Of a stretch of DNA of 64,000 bases, positions 25,571 to 40,100 are shown piece after piece. The translations under genes were made by a program, and so were the position numbers. The notes under the pieces are model-generated. The model saw nothing but the letters and a program-made list of their open reading frames with translations, was not told where the DNA came from and made no database searches. The DNA comes from Antedon mediterranea (lineage: Eukaryota; Animalia; Echinodermata): positions 14,046,912 to 14,110,911 of the forward strand of contig NC_092675.1 of the NCBI RefSeq assembly GCF_964355755.1. The letters run 5' to 3'. The number at the start of each line of letters is the position of its first letter. Within the stretch, counting starts at the first letter, position 1.

Positions 25571-26657
25571 TGTAAGGATGTGGACGACAACACAAAAGGA
25601 AAAACACGCCTTTTCTCACTTTTACCACGGTCCGGTGGTGTATTTGGTTTTAATTTGTTTTTAGCATAACAATAGAGATCAGTATGGTCCTGAAAACCAC
25701 AAAATTAATACAATGAGAAACAAAAGTAAATAATATTCTAAAATACAAGCCAATTCTTAGTAACGACCTCAACTTAACAGGCGACTCTAATAAAAAGGAT
25801 TCTCTCTGAGGACTGCGACTATTACATCAAACGGCACGTCTACCTAAACAGCCTCTGTATACTTTGTTAGAGTATACAAATACCTAATTAATTACCTACA
25901 CAATTGCATCATAAGTGCCTGAATATTACTAGAATAAATGCATGTTGGAATTTACTCACACTATTTGAATACTAAACTTAGTCTATTCATTGAATCAAGG
26001 AGTTATAATCTTAGGTTTGTGTAAAATATATAAACAATAACAAATCCATGGGCGCAGCCATTTTGTATGATAAATAGAGGGCGCACTACATGACGATCTA
26101 TCACGAGCATGGTAGCCTCGTGTATACAAATTAATCAAGTGTGAACTGTAGGATGAACTATTTTATACAAACTGTTAACTAGAAACTATCTTCTATAAAC
26201 TAAACATTACTAAATCTATCTAAACATATTTTGTTAATACAAAGAAGGTTTATCACAAAAGTATATATTATAACATTATATGGCATAAAATCCTAGTTCA
26301 AAGATTGTAACACAATACTATTCAATAGGCTTCCTAACTGCACATTCCATGAGTCAAGGTTAACCCAAAACAAATGTCTAGGCCTATGAATGCAATCATC
26401 TTAAAATACAACATTAATGTTTCTTAAACATAACAGAATCTTATAAATGTATAACAAAGTAATATATGTAAAAAGTAGAGTAATTACCTTTTAATCAGAT
26501 CTTTAATTAAGTAAGAGACAAAACTATCTGCTTCCTTGACCGGTTCATGAATACAAAAGAAAACAAATCATTTAAAAAAGACTGTTACAATTATAGGGGG
26601 CAGCAACACCTATAGGGGGCAGTATTTAATTATCACATGATTAGATTAATCCCCACA
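25571..26657 (-). repeat. 3' LTR (1087 bp)
   Basis: TGTAAGGATG...ATCCCCACA on the plus strand. Direct repeat of 27023-28109 at offset 1452, adjacent to the polypurine tract. Confidence 0.95.
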
Positions 26658-26964
26658 CTCCCCTGTTTAAGCTGAGTTTGTCCTCAAACTTAATATTATT
26701 CACAACAAGAAGAATCTTTTCAGTATTTTCAGAGTCAATGCCAGCATCATCAGGCCAGTCAGGGTAAACGTCCCCAGTACCATCGTCTTCAACAAAGGAC
26801 TCTACACATTCCCCTTCGGCTCCCACAAAGTGTCTCATCTTCTTCTCTGGGAGAACATATACTGTGTTTCCATTACCATGGGCAGCACGCCTAGTTGCTT
26901 CTAGTTCGGCTCTTAGCTCATCAACCGTCCTCTGCACATCTCGCAACGATGCCTTGCTTGCCAT
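26641..26964 (-). pseudogene. Truncated gag N-terminus fused to the 3' end of the internal region
   Basis: ATG at 26964, just downstream of the PBS: MASKASLRDVQRTVDELRAELEATRR...TVYVLPEKKMRHFVGAEGECVESFVED. A coiled coil followed by an xKxRxFxG...VExFxED motif is typical of invertebrate Gypsy (PNMA-like) Gag. The frame then switches to an acidic tail and runs through the PPT into the LTR. No protease, RT or integrase is present. Confidence 0.7.
26658..26668 (-). other. Polypurine tract
   Basis: The minus strand reads AAACAGGGGAG immediately before the TG of the 3' LTR. Confidence 0.8.
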
Positions 26965-27001
26965 CACTGATCTCTAATGTTAAAGCCAAATACGATCCAC
27001 G

Positions 27002-27019
27002 ATCCCACTTCTGACACCA
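27002..27019 (-). other. Primer-binding site complementary to tRNA-Leu(CAA)
   Basis: Minus-strand TGGTGTCAGAAGTGGGAT lies 3 nt after the 5' LTR. The plus strand ATCCCACTTCTGACACCA matches the 3' 18 nt (including CCA) of eukaryotic tRNA-Leu(CAA) as I recall it. Confidence 0.88.
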
Positions 27020-27022
27020 AAT

Positions 27023-28109
27023 TGTAAGGATGTGGACGACAACACAAAAGGAAAAACACGCCTTTTCTCACTTTTACCACGGTCCGGTGGTGTATTTGGT
27101 TTTAATTTGTTTTTAGCATAACAATAGAGATCAGTATGGTCCTGAAAACCACAAAATTAATACAATGAGAAACAAAAGTAAATAATATTCTAAAATACAA
27201 GCCAATTCTTAGTAACGACCTCAACTTAACAGGCGACTCTAATAAAAAGGATTCTCTCTGAGGACTGCGACTATTACATCAAACGGCACGTCTACCTAAA
27301 CAGCCTCTGTATACTTTGTTAGAGTATACAAATACCTAATTAATTACCTACACAATTGCATCATAAGTGCCTGAATATTACTAGAATAAATGCATGTTGG
27401 AATTTACTCACACTATTTGAATACTAAACTTAGTCTATTCATTGAATCAAGGAGTTATAATCTTAGGTTTGTGTAAAATATATAAACAATAACAAATCCA
27501 TGGGCGCAGCCATTTTGTATGATAAATAGAGGGCGCACTACATGACGATCTATCACGAGCATGGTAGCCTCGTGTATACAAATTAATCAAGTGTGAACTG
27601 TAGGATGAACTATTTTATACAAACTGTTAACTAGAAACTATCTTCTATAAACTAAACATTACTAAATCTATCTAAACATATTTTGTTAATACAAAGAAGG
27701 TTTATCACAAAAGTATATATTATAACATTATATGGCATAAAATCCTAGTTCAAAGATTGTAACACAATACTATTCAATAGGCTTCCTAACTGCACATTCC
27801 ATGAGTCAAGGTTAACCCAAAACAAATGTCTAGGCCTATGAATGCAATCATCTTAAAATACAACATTAATGTTTCTTAAACATAACAGAATCTTATAAAT
27901 GTATAACAAAGTAATATATGTAAAAAGTAGAGTAATTACCTTTTAATCAGATCTTTAATTAAGTAAGAGACAAAACTATCTGCTTCCTTGACCGGTTCAT
28001 GAATACAAAAGAAAACAAATCATTTAAAAAAGACTGTTACAATTATAGGGGGCAGCAACACCTATAGGGGGCAGTATTTAATTATCACATGATTAGATTA
28101 ATCCCCACA
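27023..28109 (-). repeat. 5' LTR (1087 bp)
   Basis: Same length as 25571-26657, with no differences noticed by eye; adjacent to the PBS. Confidence 0.95.
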
Positions 28110-31100
28110 ATAAAAACACCAAAGTGCTTAGAATAGCTTCAAATCGTATTTGGAGACGTTTTAGACCATTTTGAGATTTTCGAAAAAACTTGGTTACACA
28201 AAAACATCAAAGTGCTTAAAATCACATTATAAACCGTTTTAGACCATTTTGAGCATTTCGATAACACTTTTCACACAAAAACATCAAAGAGCACAAAATA
28301 GCTTAATATCGTATTTAAAAACGTTTTAGACCATTTTGAGCATTTCGACAAAACTTTTTCACACAAAACACCAAAGTGCTTAGAATAGCTTCAAATCGCA
28401 TTTGGAGACGTTTTAGACCAATTTGTGCATTTCGATAAAACTTGATTACACAAAAACATCAAAGTGCTTAAAATCACATTATAAACCGTTTTAGACCATT
28501 TTGAGCATTTCGATAACACTTTTCACACAAAAACATCAAAGAGCACAAAATAGCTTAATATCGTATTTAAAAACGTTTTAGACCATTTTGAGCATTTCGA
28601 CAAAACTTTTTCACACAAAACACCAAAGTGCTTAGAATAGCTTCAAATCGCATTTGGAGACGTTTTAGACCAATTTGTGCATTTCGATGAAACTTGATTA
28701 CACAAAAACATCAAAGTGCTTAAAATCACATTATAAACCGTTTTAGACCATTTTGAGCATTTCGATAACACTTTTCACACAAAAACATCAAAGAGCACAA
28801 AATAGCTTAATATCGTATTTAAAAACGTTTTAGACCATTTTGAGCATTTAGACAAAACTTTTTCACACAAAACACCAAAGTGCTTAGAATAGCTTCAAAT
28901 CGCATTTGGAGACGTTTTAGACCATTTCGTGATTTTTGAAAAAACTTGTTAACATAAAAACACCAAAGTGTGTTTTGAATAGCTTCAAATCACATTTGGA
29001 GACGTTTTAGACCATTTTGTGATTTTCGAAAAAACTTGTTAACATAAAAACACGAAAGTGCTTAGAATAGCTTCAAATCGCATTTGGAAACGTTTTAGAC
29101 CATTTTGTGATTTCCGAAAAAACTTGTTAACATAAAAACACGAAAGTGCTTAGAATCACATTATAAACCGTTTTAGACCATTTTGAGCATTTCGATAACA
29201 ATTTTCACACAAAAACATCAAAGAGCACAAAATAGCTTAATATCGTATTTAAAAATGTTTTAGACCATTTTGAGCATTTAGATAAAACTTTTTCACACAA
29301 AACACCAAAGTGCTTAGAATAGCTTCAAATCGCATTTGGAGACGTTTTAGACCATTTTGTGATTTTTGAAAAAACTTGTTAACATAAAAACACCAAAGTG
29401 CTTAGAATAGCTTCAAATCACATTTGGAGATGTTTTAGACCATTTTGTGATTTTTGAAAAAACTTGTTAACATAAAAACACGAAAGTGCTTAGAATAGCT
29501 TCAAATCACATTTGGAGACGTTTTAGACCATTTTGTGATTTTTGAAAAAACTTGTTAACATAAAAACACGAAAGTGCTTAGAATAGCTTCAAATCGCATT
29601 TGGAAACGTTTTAGACCATTTTGTGATTTTCGAAAAAGATTGTTAACATAAAAACACCAATGTGCTTAGAATCACATTATAAACCGTTTTAGACCATTTT
29701 GAGCATTTCGATAACAATTTTCACACAAAAACATCAAAGAGCACAAAATAGCTTAATATCGTATTTATAAATGTTTTAGACCATTTTGAGCATTTCGACA
29801 AAACTTTTTCACACAAAACACCAAAGTGCTTAGAATAGCTTCAAATCGCATTTGGAGACGTTTTTTATACCATTTTGTGATTTCGATGAAACTTGATTAC
29901 ACAAAAACATCAAAGTGCTTAAAATCACATTATAAACCGTTTTAGACCATTTTGAGCATTTCGATAACACTTTTCACACAAAAACATCAAAGAGCACAAA
30001 ATAGCTTAATATCGTATTTAAAAACGTTTTAGACCATTTTGAGCATTTAGACAAAACTTTTTCACACAAAACACCAAAGTGCTTAGAATAGCTTCAAATC
30101 GCATTTGGAGACGTTTTAGAACATTTTGTGTTTTTCGAAAAAAAACTGTTAACATAAAAACACCAAAGTGCTTAGAATAGCTTCAAATCGCATTTGGAGA
30201 CGTTTTAGAACATTTTGTGATTTTTGAAAAAACTTGTTAACATAAAAACACCAATGTGCTTAGAATAGCTTCAAATCGCATTTGGAGACGTTTTAGACCA
30301 TTTTGTGATTTTTGAAAAAACTTGTTAACATAAAAACACCAAAGGGCTTAGAATAGCTTCAAATCACATTTGGAGACGTTTTAGACCATTTTGTGATTTT
30401 TGAAAAAACTTGTTAACATAAAAACACGAAAGTGCTTAGAATAGCTTCAAATCGCATTTGGAAACGTTTTAGACCATTTTGTGATTTTCGAAAAAACTTG
30501 TTAACATAAAAACACGAAAGTGCTTAGAATAGCTTCAAATCGCATTTGGAAACGTTTTAGACCATTTTGTGATTTTCGAAAAAAATTGTTAACATAAAAA
30601 CACCAAAGTGCTTAGAATCACATTATAAACCGTTTTAGACCATTTTGAGCATTTCGATAACAATTTTCACACAAAAACATCAAAGAGCACAAAATAGCTT
30701 AATATCGTATTTAAAAATGTTTTAGACCATTTTGAGCATTTAGATAAAACTTTTTCACACAAAACACCAAAGTGCTTAGAATAGCTTCAAATCGCATTTG
30801 GAGACGTTTTAGAGCATTTTGTGATTTTTGAAAAAACTTGTTAACATAAAAACACCAAAGTGCTTAGAATAGCTTCAAATCACATTTGGAGACGTTTTAG
30901 ACCATTTTGTGATTTTTGAAAAAACTTGTTAACATAAAAACACGAAAGTGCTTAGAATAGCTTCAAATCACATTTGGAGACGTTTTAGACCATTTTGTGA
31001 TTTTTGAAAAAACTTGTTAACATAAAAACACGAAAGTGCTTAGAATAGCTTCAAATCGCATTTGGAAACGTTTTAGACCATTTTGTGATTTTCGAAAAAG

Positions 31101-34100
31101 CTTGTTAACATAAAAACACCAAAGTGCTTAGAATCACATTATAAACCGTTTTAGACCATTTTGAGCATTTCGATAACAATTTTCACACAAAAACATCAAA
31201 GAGCACAAAATAGCTTAATATCGTATTTAAAAATGTTTTAGACCATTTTGAGCATTTAGATAAAACTTTTTCACACAAAACACGAAAGTGCTTAGAATAG
31301 CTTCAAATCACATTTGGAGACGTTTTAGACCATTTTGTGATTTTTGAAAAAACTTGTTAACATAAAAACACGAAAGTGCTTAGAATAGCTTCAAATCGCA
31401 TTTGGAAACGTTTTAGACCATTTTGTGATTTTCGAAAAAGCTTGTTAACATAAAAACACCAAAGTGCTTAGAATCACATTATAAACCGTTTTAGACCATT
31501 TTGAGCATTTCGATAACAATTTTCACACAAAAACATCAAAGAGCCCAAAATAGCTTAATATCGTATTTAAAAATGTTTTAGACCATTTTGAGCATTTAGA
31601 TAAAACTTTTTCACACAAAACACCAAAGTGCTTAGAATAGCTTCAAATCGCATTTGGAGACGGTTTAGACCATTTTGTGATTTTGAAAAAACTTGTTAAC
31701 ATAAAAACACCAAAGTGCTTAGAATAGCTTCAAATCGCATTTGGAGACGTTTTAGACCATTTTGTGATTTTCGAAAAAATTTGTTAACATAAAAACACCA
31801 AAGTGCTTAGAATAGCTTCAAATCGTATTTGGAGACGTTTTAGACCATTTTGAGATTTTCGAAAAAACTTGGTTACACAAAAACATCAAAGTGCTTAAAA
31901 TCACATTATAAACCGTTTTAGACCATTTTGAGCATTTCGATAACACTTTTCACACAAAAACATCAAAGAGCACAAAATAGCTTAATATCGTATTTAAAAA
32001 CGTTTTAGACCATTTTGAACATTTCGACAAAACTTTTTCACACAAAACACCAAAGTGCTTAGAATAGCTTCAAATCGCATTTGGAGACGTTTTAGACCAA
32101 TTTGTGCATTTCGATGAAACTTGATTAAACAAAAACATCAAAGTGCTTAAAATCACATTATAAACCGTTTTAGACCATTTTGAGCATTTCGATAACACTT
32201 TTCACACAAAAACATCAAAGAGCACAAAATAGCTTAATATCGTATTTAAAAACGTTTTAGACCATTTTGAGCATTTAGACAAAACTTTTTCACACAAAAC
32301 ACCAAAGTGCTTAGAATAGCTTCAAATCGCATTTGGAGACGTTTTAGAACATTTTGTGTTTTTCGAAAAAACCTGTTAACATAAAAACACCAAAGTGCTT
32401 AGAATAGCTTCAAATCGCATTTGGAGACGATTTAGACCATTTTGTGATTTTCGAAAAAACTTGTTAACATAAAAACACCAAAGTGCTTAGAATAGCGTCA
32501 AATCGTATTTGGAGACGTTTTAGACCATTTTGTGATTTTCGAAAAAACTTGTTAACATAAAAACACCAAAGTGCTTAGAATAGCTTCAAATCGCATTTGG
32601 AGACGTTTTAGACCATTTTGTGCATTTCGATGACACTTGGTTACACAAAAACATCAAAGTGCTTAAAATCACATTATAAATCGTTTTAGACCATTTTGAG
32701 CATTTCGACAAAACTTTTTCACACAAAATACCAAAGTGCTTAGAATAGCTTCAAATCGCATTTGGAGACGTTTTAGACCATTTTGTGATTTTCGAAAAAA
32801 CTTTTTAACATAAAAACACCAAAGTGCTTAGAATAGCTTCAAATCACATTTGGAGACGTTTTAGACCATTTTGTGATTTTCGAAAAAACTTGTTAACATA
32901 AAAACACGAAAGTGCTTAGAATAGCTTCAAATCGCATTTGGAAACGTTTTAGACCATTTTGTGATTTTCGAAAAAAATTGTTAACATAAAAACACAAAAG
33001 TGGTTAGAATTACATTATAAACCGTTTTAGACCATTTTGAGCATTTCGATAACAATTTTCACACAAAAACATCAAAGAGCACAAAATAGCTTAATATCGT
33101 ATTTAAAAATGTTTTAGACCATTTTGAGCATTTAGATAAAACTTTTTCACACAAAACACCAAAGTGCTTAGAATAGCTTCAAATCGCATTTGGAGACGTT
33201 TTAGACCATTTTGTGATTTTTGAAAAAACTTGTAAACATAAAAACACCAAAGTGCTTAGAATAGCTTCAAATCACATTTGGAGACGTTTTAGACCATTTT
33301 GTGATTTTCGAAAAAACTTGTTTACATAAAAACACGAAAGTGCTTAGAATATCTTCAAATCGCATTTGGAAACGTTTTAGACCATTTTGTGATTTTCGAA
33401 AAAACTTGTTAACATAAAAACACGAAAGTGCTTAGAATAGCTTCAAATCGCATTTGGAAACGTTTTAGACCATTTTGTGATTTTCGAAAAAAATTGTTAA
33501 CATAAAAACACCAAAGTGCTTAGAATCACATTATAAACCGTTTTAGACCATTTTGAGCATTTCGATAACAATTTTCACACAAAAACATCAAAGAGCACAA
33601 AATAGCTTAATATCGTATTTAAAAATGTTTTAGACCATTTTGAGCATTTAGATAAAACTTTTTCACACAAAACACCAAAGTGCTTAGAATAGCTTCAAAT
33701 CGCATTTGGAGACGTTTTAGACCATTTTGTGATTTTTGAAAAAACTTGTTAACATAAAAACACCAATGTGCTTAGAATAGCTTCAAATCACATTTGGAGA
33801 CGTTTTAGACCATTTTGTGATTTTTGAAAAAACTTGTTAACATAAAAACACGAAAGTGCTTAGAATAGCTTCAAATCACATTTGGAGACGTTTTAGACCA
33901 TTTTGTGATTTTTGAAAAAACTTGTTAACATAAAAACACGAAAGTGCTTAGAATAGCTTCAAATCGTATTTGGAGACGTTTTAGACCATTTTTTGATTTT
34001 CGAAAAAGATTGTTAACATAAAAACACCAAAGTGCTTAGAATCACATTATAAACCGTTTTAGACCATTTTGAGGATTTCGATAACCATTTTCACACAAAA

Positions 34101-37100
34101 ACATCAAAGAGCACAAAATAGCTTAATATCGTATTTAAAAACGTTTTAGACCATTTTGAGCATTTCGACAAAACTTTTTCACACAAAACACCAAAGTGCT
34201 TAGAATAGCTTCAAATCGCATTTGGAGACGTTTTAGACCAATTTGTGCATTTCGATGAAACTTGATTACACAAAAACATCAAAGTGCTTAAAATCACATT
34301 ATAAACCGTTTTAGACCATTTTGAGCATTTCGATAACACTTTTCACACAAAAACATCAAAGAGCACAAAATAGCTTAATATCGTATTTAAAAACGTTTTA
34401 GACCATTTTGAGCATTTAGACAAAACTTTTTCACACAAAACACCAAAGTGCTTAGAATAGCTTCAAATCGCATTTGGAGACGTTTTAGACCATTTTGTGC
34501 ATTTCGATGAAACTTGGTTACACAAAAAAATCAAAGTGCTTAAAATCACATTATAAATCGTTTTAGACCATTTTGAGGATTTCGACAAAACTTTTTCACA
34601 CAAAATACAAAAGTGCTTAGAATAGCTTCAAATCGCATTTGGAGACGTTTTAGACCATTTTGTGATTTTCGAAAAAACTTTTTAACATAAAAACACCAAA
34701 GTGCTTAGAATAGCTTCAAATCGTATTTTAGACCATTTTGAGATTTTCGAAAAAACTTGGTTACACAAAAATATCAAAGTGCTTAAAATCACATTATAAA
34801 CCGTTTTAGACCATTTTGAGCATTTCGATAACACTTTTCACACAAAAACATCAAAGAGCACAAAATAGCTTAATATCGTATTTAAAAACGTTTTAGACCA
34901 TTTTGAGCATTTCGACAAAACTTTTTCACACAAAACACCAAAGTGCTTAGAATAGCTTCAAATCGCATTTGGAGACGTTTTAGACCAATTTGTGCATTTC
35001 GATGAAACTTGATTACACACAAAAACATCAAAGTGCTTAAAATCACATTATAAACCGTTTTAGACCATTTTGAGCATTTCGATAACACTTTTCACACAAA
35101 AACATCAAAGAGCACAAAATAGCTTAATATCGTATTTAAAAACGTTTTAGACCATTTTGAGCATTTAGACAAAACTTTTTCACACAAAACACCAAAGTGC
35201 TTAGAATAGCTTCAAATCGCATTTGGAGACGTTTTAGACCATTTTGTGATTTTCAAAAAAACTTGTTAACATAAAAACACCAAAGTGCTTAGAATAGCTT
35301 CAAATCGCATTTGGAGACATTTTAGACCAATTTGTGATTTTCGAAAAAAACTTGTCAACATAAAAACACCAAAGTGTTTAGAATAGCTTCAAATCGCATT
35401 TGGAGACGTTTTAGACCAATTTGTGATTTTCGAAAAAACTTATCAACATAAAAACACCAAAGGGTTTAGAATAGCTTCAAATCGCATTTTGAGACGTTTT
35501 AGACCATTTTGTGATTTTCGAAAAAACTTGTTAACATAAAAACACTAAAGTGCTTAGAATAGCTTCAAATCGCATTTGGAAACGTTTTAGACCATTTTGT
35601 GATTTTCGAAAAAACTTGTTAACATAAAAACACGAAAGTGCTTAGAATAGCTTCAAATCGCATTTGGAAACGTTTTAGACCATTTTGTGATTTTCGAAAA
35701 AAATTGTTAACATAAAAACACCAAAGTGCTTAGAATCACATTATAAACCGTTTTAGACCATTTTGAGCATTTCGATAACAATTTTCACACAAAAACATCA
35801 AAGAGCACAAAATAGCTTAATATCGTATTTAAAAATGTTTTAGACCATTTTGAGCATTTGGATAAAACTTTTTCACACAAAACACCAAAGTTCTTAGAAT
35901 AGCTTCAAATCGCATTTGGAGACGTTTTAGACCATTTTGTGATTTTTGAAAAAAATTGTTAACATAAAAACACCAAAGTGCTTAGAATAGCTTCAAATCA
36001 CATTTGGAGACGTTTTAGACCATTTTGTGATATTCGAAAAAACTTGTTAACATAAAAACACGAAAGTGCTTAGAATAGCTTCAAATCGCATTTGGAAACG
36101 TTTTAGACCATTTTGTGATTTTCGAAAAAACTTGTTAACATAAAAACACCAAAGTGCTTAGAATAGCTTCAAATCGCATTTGGAAACGTTTTAGACCATT
36201 TTGTTATTTTCGAAAAAAATTGTTAACATAAAAACACCAAAGTGCTTAGAATCACATTATAAACCGTTTAGACCATTTTGAGCATTTCGATAACAATTTT
36301 CACACAAAAACATCAAAGAGCACAAAATAGCTTAATATCGTATTTAAAAATGTTTTAGACCATTTTGAGCATTTAGAAAAAACTTATCAACATAAAAACA
36401 CCAAAGGGTTTAGAATAGCTTCAAATCGCATTTTGAGACGTTTTAGACCATTTTGAGATTTTCGAAAAAACTTGGTTACACAAAAACATCAAAGTGCTTA
36501 AAATCACATTATAAACCGTTTTAGACCATTTTGAGCATTTCGATAACACTTTTCACACAAAAACATCAAAGAGCACAAAATAGCTTAATATCGTATTTAA
36601 AAACGTTTTAGACCATTTTGAGCATTTCGAAAAAACTTGTTAACCTAAAAATACCAAAGTGTTTAGAATAGCTTCAAATCGCATTTGGAGACGTTTTAGA
36701 CCATTTTGTGATTTTCGAAAAAACTTGTTAACATAAAAACACCAAAGTGCTTCAAATCGCATTTGGAGACATTTTAGACCAATTTGTGATTTTTGAAAAA
36801 ACTTGTTAACATAAAAACACCAAAGTGTTTACAATAGCTTCAAATCGTATTTGGAGACGTTTTAGACCATTTTGTGATTTTCGAAAAAACTTGTTAACAT
36901 AAAAACACCAAAGTACTTAGAATAGCTTCAAATCGCATTTGGAGACGTTTTAGACCATTTTATGCATTTCGATGAAACTTGGTTACACAAAAACATCAAA
37001 GTGCTTAAAATCACATTATAATCCGTTTTAGACCATTTTGAGCATTTCGATAACACTTTTCACACAAAAACATCAAAGAGCACAAAATAGCTTAATATCG

Positions 37101-40100
37101 TATTTAAAAACGTTTTAGACCATTTTGAGCATTTCGACAAAACTTTTTCACACAAAACACCAAAGTGCTTAGAATAGCTTCAAATCGCATTTGGAGACGT
37201 TTTAGACCATTTTGTGATTTTCGAAAAAAATTGTTAACATAAAAACATCAAAGTGCTTAGAATAGCTTCAAATCACATTTGGAGACGTTTTAGACCATTT
37301 TGTGATTTTCGAAAAAACTTGTTAACCTAAAAATACCAAAGTGTTTAGAATAGCTTCAAATCGCATTTGGAGAAGTTTTAGACCATTTTGTGATTTTCGA
37401 AAAAACTTGTTAACATAAAAACACCAAAGTGCTTAGAATAGCTTCAAATCGAATTTGGAGACATTTTAGACCAATTTGTGATTTTCGAAAAAACTTGTCA
37501 ACATAAAAACACCAAAGTGTTTAGAATAGCTTCAAATCGCATTTGGAGACGTGTTAGACCAATTTGTGATTTTCGAAAAAACTTATCAACATAAAAACAC
37601 CAAAGGGTTTAGAATATCTTCAAATCGCATTTGGAGACGTTTTAGACCATTTTGTGATTTTCGAAAAAACTTGTTAACATAAAAACATCAAAGTGTACAG
37701 AATAACTTCAAATCGCATTTGGAGACCGTTTTAGGCCAATTTGTGATTTTCGAAAAAACTTGTTAACCTAAAAATACCAAAGTGTTTAGAATAGCTTCAA
37801 ATCGCATTTGGAGACGTTTTAGACCATTTTGTGATTTTCGAAAAAACTTGTTAACATAAAAACACCAAAGTGCTTCAAATCGCATTTGGAGACATTTTAG
37901 ACCAATTTGTGATTTTTGAAAAAACTTGTTAACATAAAAACACCAAAGTGCTTACAATAGCTTCAAATCGTATTTGGAGACGTTTTAGACCATTTTGTGA
38001 TTTTCGAAAAAACTTGTTAACATAAAAACACGAAAGTACTTAGAATAGCTTCAAATCGCATTTGGAGACGTTTTAGACCATTTTATGCATTTCGATGAAA
38101 CTTGGTTACACAAAAACATCAAAGTGCTTAAAATCACATTATAATCCGTTTTAGACCATTTTGAGCATTTCGATAACACTTTTCACACAAAAACATCAAA
38201 GAGCACAAAATAGCTTAATATCGTATTTAAAAACGTTTTAGACCATTTTGAGCATTTCGACAAAACTTTTTCACACAAAACACCAAAGTGCTTAGAATAG
38301 CTTCAAATCGCATTTGGAGACGTTTTAGACCATTTTGTGATTTTCGAAAAAAATTGTTAACATAAAAACATCAAAGTGTACAGAATAGCTTCAAATCGCA
38401 TTTGGAGACCGTTTTAGGGCAATTTGTGATTTTCGAAAAAACTTGTTAATTTAAAAATACCAAAGTGTTTAGAATAGCTTCAAATCGCATTTGGAGACGT
38501 TTTAGACCATTTTGTGATTTTCGAAAAAACTTGTTAACATAAAAACACCAAAGTGCTTAGAATAGCTTCAAATCGCATTTGGAGACATTTTAGACCAATT
38601 TGTGATTTTCGAAAAAACTTGTCAACATAAAAACACCAAAGTGTTTAGAATAGCTTCAAATCGCATTTGGAGACGTTTTAGACCAATTTGTGATTTTCGA
38701 AAAAACTTATCAACATAAAAACACCAAAGGGTTTAGAATATCTTCAAATCGCATTTGGAGACGTTTTAGACAATTTTGTGATTTTCGAAAAAACTTGTTA
38801 ACATAAAAACACCAAAGTGCTTAGAATAGCTTCAAATCGCATTTGGAGACGTTTTAGACCATTTTGTGATTTTCGAAAAAACTTGGTTACACAAAAACAT
38901 AAAAGTGCTTAAAATCACATTATAAACCGTTTTAGACCATTTTGAGCATTTCGATAACACTTTTCACACAAAAACATCATAGAGCACAAAATAGCTTAAT
39001 ATCGTATTTAAAAACGTTTTAGACCATTTTGAGCATTTCGACAAAACTTGTTAACATAAAAACACCAAAGTGCTTAGAATGGCTTCAATTGCATTTGGAG
39101 ACGCTTTAGACCATTTTGTGATTTTCGAAAAAAATTGTTAACATAAAAACACCAAAGTGCTTAAAATCACATTATAAATCGTTTTAGACCATTTTGAGCA
39201 TTTCGATAACACTTTTCACACAAAAACATCAAAGAGCACAAGATAGCTTAATATCTTATTTAAAAACGTTTTAGACCATTTTGAGCATTTAGACAAAACT
39301 TTTTCACACAAAACACCAAAGTGCTTAGAATAGCTTAAAATCGCATTTGGAGACGTTTTAGACCATTTTGTGATTTTCAAAAAAACTTGTTAACATAAAA
39401 ACACCAAAGTGCTTAGAATAGCTTCAAATCGTATTTGGAGACGTTTTAGACCATTTTGTGATTTTCGAAAAAACTTGTTAACATAAAAACACCAAAGTGC
39501 TTAGAATAGCTTCAAATCGCATTTGGAGACGTTTTAGACCAATTTGTGATTTTCGAAAAAAACTTGTCAACATAAAAACACCAAAGTGTTTAGAATAGCT
39601 TCAAATCGCATTTGGAGACGTTTTAGACCAATTTGTGATTTTCGAAAAAAACTTATCAACATAAAAACACCAAAGTGTTTAGAATAGCTTCAAATCGCAT
39701 TTGGAGACGTTTTAGACCAATTTGTGATTTTCGAAAAAAACTTATCAACATAAAAACACCAAAAGGTTTAGAATAGCTTCAAATCGCATTTGGAAACGTT
39801 TTAGACCATTTTGTGATTTTCGAAAAAACTTGTTAACATAAAAACACGAAAGTGCTTAGAATAGCTTCAAATCGCATTTGGAAACGTTTTATTCCATTTT
39901 GTGATTTTCGAAAAAAATTGTTAACATAAAAACACCAAAGTGCTTAGAATCACATTATAAACCGTTTTAGACCATTTTGAGCATTTCGATAACAATTTTC
40001 ACACAAAAACATCAAAGAGCACAAAATAGCTTAATATCGTATTTAAAAATGTTTTAGACCATTTTGAGCATTTAGAAAAAACTTTTTCACACAAAACACC

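Larger units (their letters stand above)
25571..28109 (-). mobile_element. Non-autonomous Ty3/Gypsy-type LTR retrotransposon (internally deleted), 2539 bp
   Basis: Two 1087-bp direct repeats with TG...CA ends. The 4-bp TSD is ATAA (25567-25570 and 28110-28113) and restores GTTAACATAAAAACACC. The PBS and PPT place the element on the minus strand. The 365-bp internal region has a gag-like N-terminus. Confidence 0.93.

Noticed and set aside
27002-27019. tRNA-Leu gene
   Set aside because: Only the 3' 18 nt including CCA are present, next to an LTR. This is a PBS, not a gene.
34882-35088. Repeated 61-68 aa ORFs (MLSKCSKWSK... at 17408, 24412, 34882, 42839, 46072, 61853; also 58992)
   Set aside because: These are chance stop-free readings of satellite monomers, often with non-ATG starts. 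They are useful only as haplotype markers.
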